64,000 nucleotides of DNA from an uncultured candidate division Zixibacteria bacterium. GTDB taxonomy: Bacteria; Zixibacteria; MSB-5A5; UBA10806. Below are positions 62,452 to 64,000 of the stretch, in pieces (position 1 is the first letter of the stretch; the number at the start of each line of letters is the position of its first letter). The notes under the pieces are model-generated. The model searched no databases and was not told where the DNA came from. It saw only the letters and a list, made by a program, of their open reading frames with translations. A program made the position numbers and the translations under genes. The stretch spans positions 128,001-192,000 of the forward strand of contig CAWFQL010000012.1 in assembly GCA_963817915.1 (NCBI GenBank), in the 5' to 3' direction.

Positions 62452-63633
62452 CTATATGATCTCCATCTTTTTCCCGATATCATGGAATGTCTGCAAAACC
62501 TTGTCGATTTGGGCATCGGTATGCGTAGCGGTATAGCTGGTGCGGATCAACGCCTGCCCCGGCGGCACCGCCGGCGCGATTATCGGATTTGTGAATAGTC
62601 CCGCCTCGGTCAATGCTTTCCAGAAGGCGAATGTCTTCATGTCATCGCCGATGAATATTGGCACAATGGGAGTTTCCGTGGTGCCGATTTTGTACCCCAT
62701 CGCCTTGAATTCCTTATGCACGCGATGAGTAATTTCCCAGAGTCGTTTGCGCCTTTCAGGTTCTTCCCGCAATATTTTCAAGGTTGCCCTGACTGCGGCC
62801 ACAGCGGCCGGAGGCGGCGACGCTGAGAATATCAAGGCTCGCGAAAAATGCTTCACGTAGCGAATGACATCGTCATCTGCCACTATAAATCCGCCGAGCG
62901 ACGCGAATGATTTCGAAAATGTCCCCATGATAATATCGACTTTATCTTCTAGATGGAAATGCTCCGCGGTGCCGCGTCCATTCTCGCCCAGGACGCCGAT
63001 TGAATGAGCGTCATCTACCATTACCCTGGCTTTGTGTTTCTTGGCGAGATGGGTAATCTCGGGCAACTTGGCAATATCGCCTTCCATCGAAAATACGCCG
63101 TCCGTAATAATAAGCTTACCGCGGGCTCCGTCATTTCGTTCGAGCAGACGGCCAAGCTCATCCATATCATTGTGACGGTATTTCTTGAATTCGCCGAATG
63201 ACAGCCTGCAGCCATCGACTATCGACGCGTGATTTGATCTATCTCCGAAAATATAATCATCTTTTCCTGCTACAGTGGAAATCGTTCCCTGATTGGTTTG
63301 GAAGCCGGTAGAAAAGACCAATGCAGAGTGTCTTCCCATAAAATCCGCAAGTTCTTCTTCCAATTTCACATGTATATCGAGCGTGCCATTGAGAAATCTC
63401 GATCCGGTGCATCCGGAACCGTATTTATCGACCGCGGCATGAATAGCCTCTTTGACCTTCGGATGGTCTGTCAGGCCAAGATAATTATTCGAGCCGATCA
63501 TTATTACTTCCTTCCCCTCGGCAATGACAACTGTGCCGGGGGATGAGGAAATTCGCCTGAAATACGGATACAAACCTGCGGCCTGAATCTCTTTATCGGC
63601 CTGGAAATTTCTGCATTTTTCAAATAAATCCAT
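62452..63633 (-). CDS. spt: serine palmitoyltransferase-like alpha-oxoamine synthase
   Basis: GSNNYLGL, GSRFLNGT, NHASI, DGVFSMEGD, DDAH, GTFSKSFASLGG. Confidence 0.75.
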   Translation of the reverse strand: MDLFEKCRNFQADKEIQAAGLYPYFRRISSSPGTVVIAEGKEVIMIGSNNYLGLTDHPKVKEAIHAAVDKYGSGCTGSRFLNGTLDIHVKLEEELADFMGRHSALVFSTGFQTNQGTISTVAGKDDYIFGDRSNHASIVDGCRLSFGEFKKYRHNDMDELGRLLERNDGARGKLIITDGVFSMEGDIAKLPEITHLAKKHKARVMVDDAHSIGVLGENGRGTAEHFHLEDKVDIIMGTFSKSFASLGGFIVADDDVIRYVKHFSRALIFSASPPPAAVAAVRATLKILREEPERRKRLWEITHRVHKEFKAMGYKIGTTETPIVPIFIGDDMKTFAFWKALTEAGLFTNPIIAPAVPPGQALIRTSYTATHTDAQIDKVLQTFHDIGKKMEII

Positions 63634-63748
63634 CTGGGATCTCCGAATAGTCATAATCAACTTGCTACACGCTGATTTTTCAGCTAATTTACCACCATAA
63701 AAATGAAATTATTCAATGAGCTACAAAATGTCAAGGAGATAAAGGCGA

Positions 63749-64000
63749 ATGGGCACAGCGCTGGTCACAGGGGCTAATGGGTTTGTAGGTTCACATATTT
63801 GTGAGGCCCTGATTGCGTCCGGGTACGAGGTAAAGGCTCTTGTCAGAAAGACTTCCGATCTCACCAATATAAAAAACCTGAATGTCAAATTGGCTTACGG
63901 TGATTTGAACCAGCCGGAAACGCTGCCCGATGCTCTTCAAGGCGTAGATTTTGTCATTAATAACGCCGGCCTTACAAAAACCCTCGACAATTCACAATTC
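63749..64000 (+). CDS. NAD-dependent epimerase/dehydratase (extended SDR), possibly CerR-like; runs off the right edge
   Basis: Manual translation MGTALVTGANGFVGSHICEALIASGYEVKALVRKTSD...GDL...VINNAGLTK. Confidence 0.8.
   Translation, partial: MGTALVTGANGFVGSHICEALIASGYEVKALVRKTSDLTNIKNLNVKLAYGDLNQPETLPDALQGVDFVINNAGLTKTLDNSQF

Noticed and set aside
62452..63633. BioF or Kbl assignment
   Set aside because: Not excluded, but there are no biotin or tdh genes nearby, and the CerS-like and SDR neighbours favour Spt

Overview
This is a gene-dense bacterial chromosomal window with no rRNA, tRNA, CRISPR array or mobile element that I could recognise. T9SS-type C-terminal domains, a PorV-like barrel and Cys-rich dockerin-like tails suggest an FCB-group organism such as Zixibacteria (inference). 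Housekeeping genes include recG, rpmB, pepF, copA, pyrK-pyrD-pyrF, ridA and mutM. Main observations: (1) three paralogous copies of an uncharacterised four-gene membrane module at 25.5-28.8, 49.2-53.1 and 53.2-56.7 kb, each with an FN3+DUF6754-like subunit, a 2-TM subunit with a large soluble domain, and two polytopic membrane proteins; (2) a probable secreted selenoprotein at 38676-40061 with an Omp28/thioredoxin-like U-S-Y-C motif and a SECIS-like hairpin, which the ORF track truncates; (3) a 13-kb tandem array of eight secreted proteins whose varied N-terminal parts are fused either to DNA-level near-identical T9SS-type CTDs or to a 6-Cys dockerin-like tag; (4) an spt/cerS-like/cerR-like sphingolipid (ceramide) synthesis cluster at the right end; (5) a sigma54-type promoter ahead of a 5'-nucleotidase, B12 radical SAM and barrel-only Omp85 gene set. 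At least 8 genes are broken by small indels that look like sequencing errors. All family assignments come from motif recognition, not database searches.
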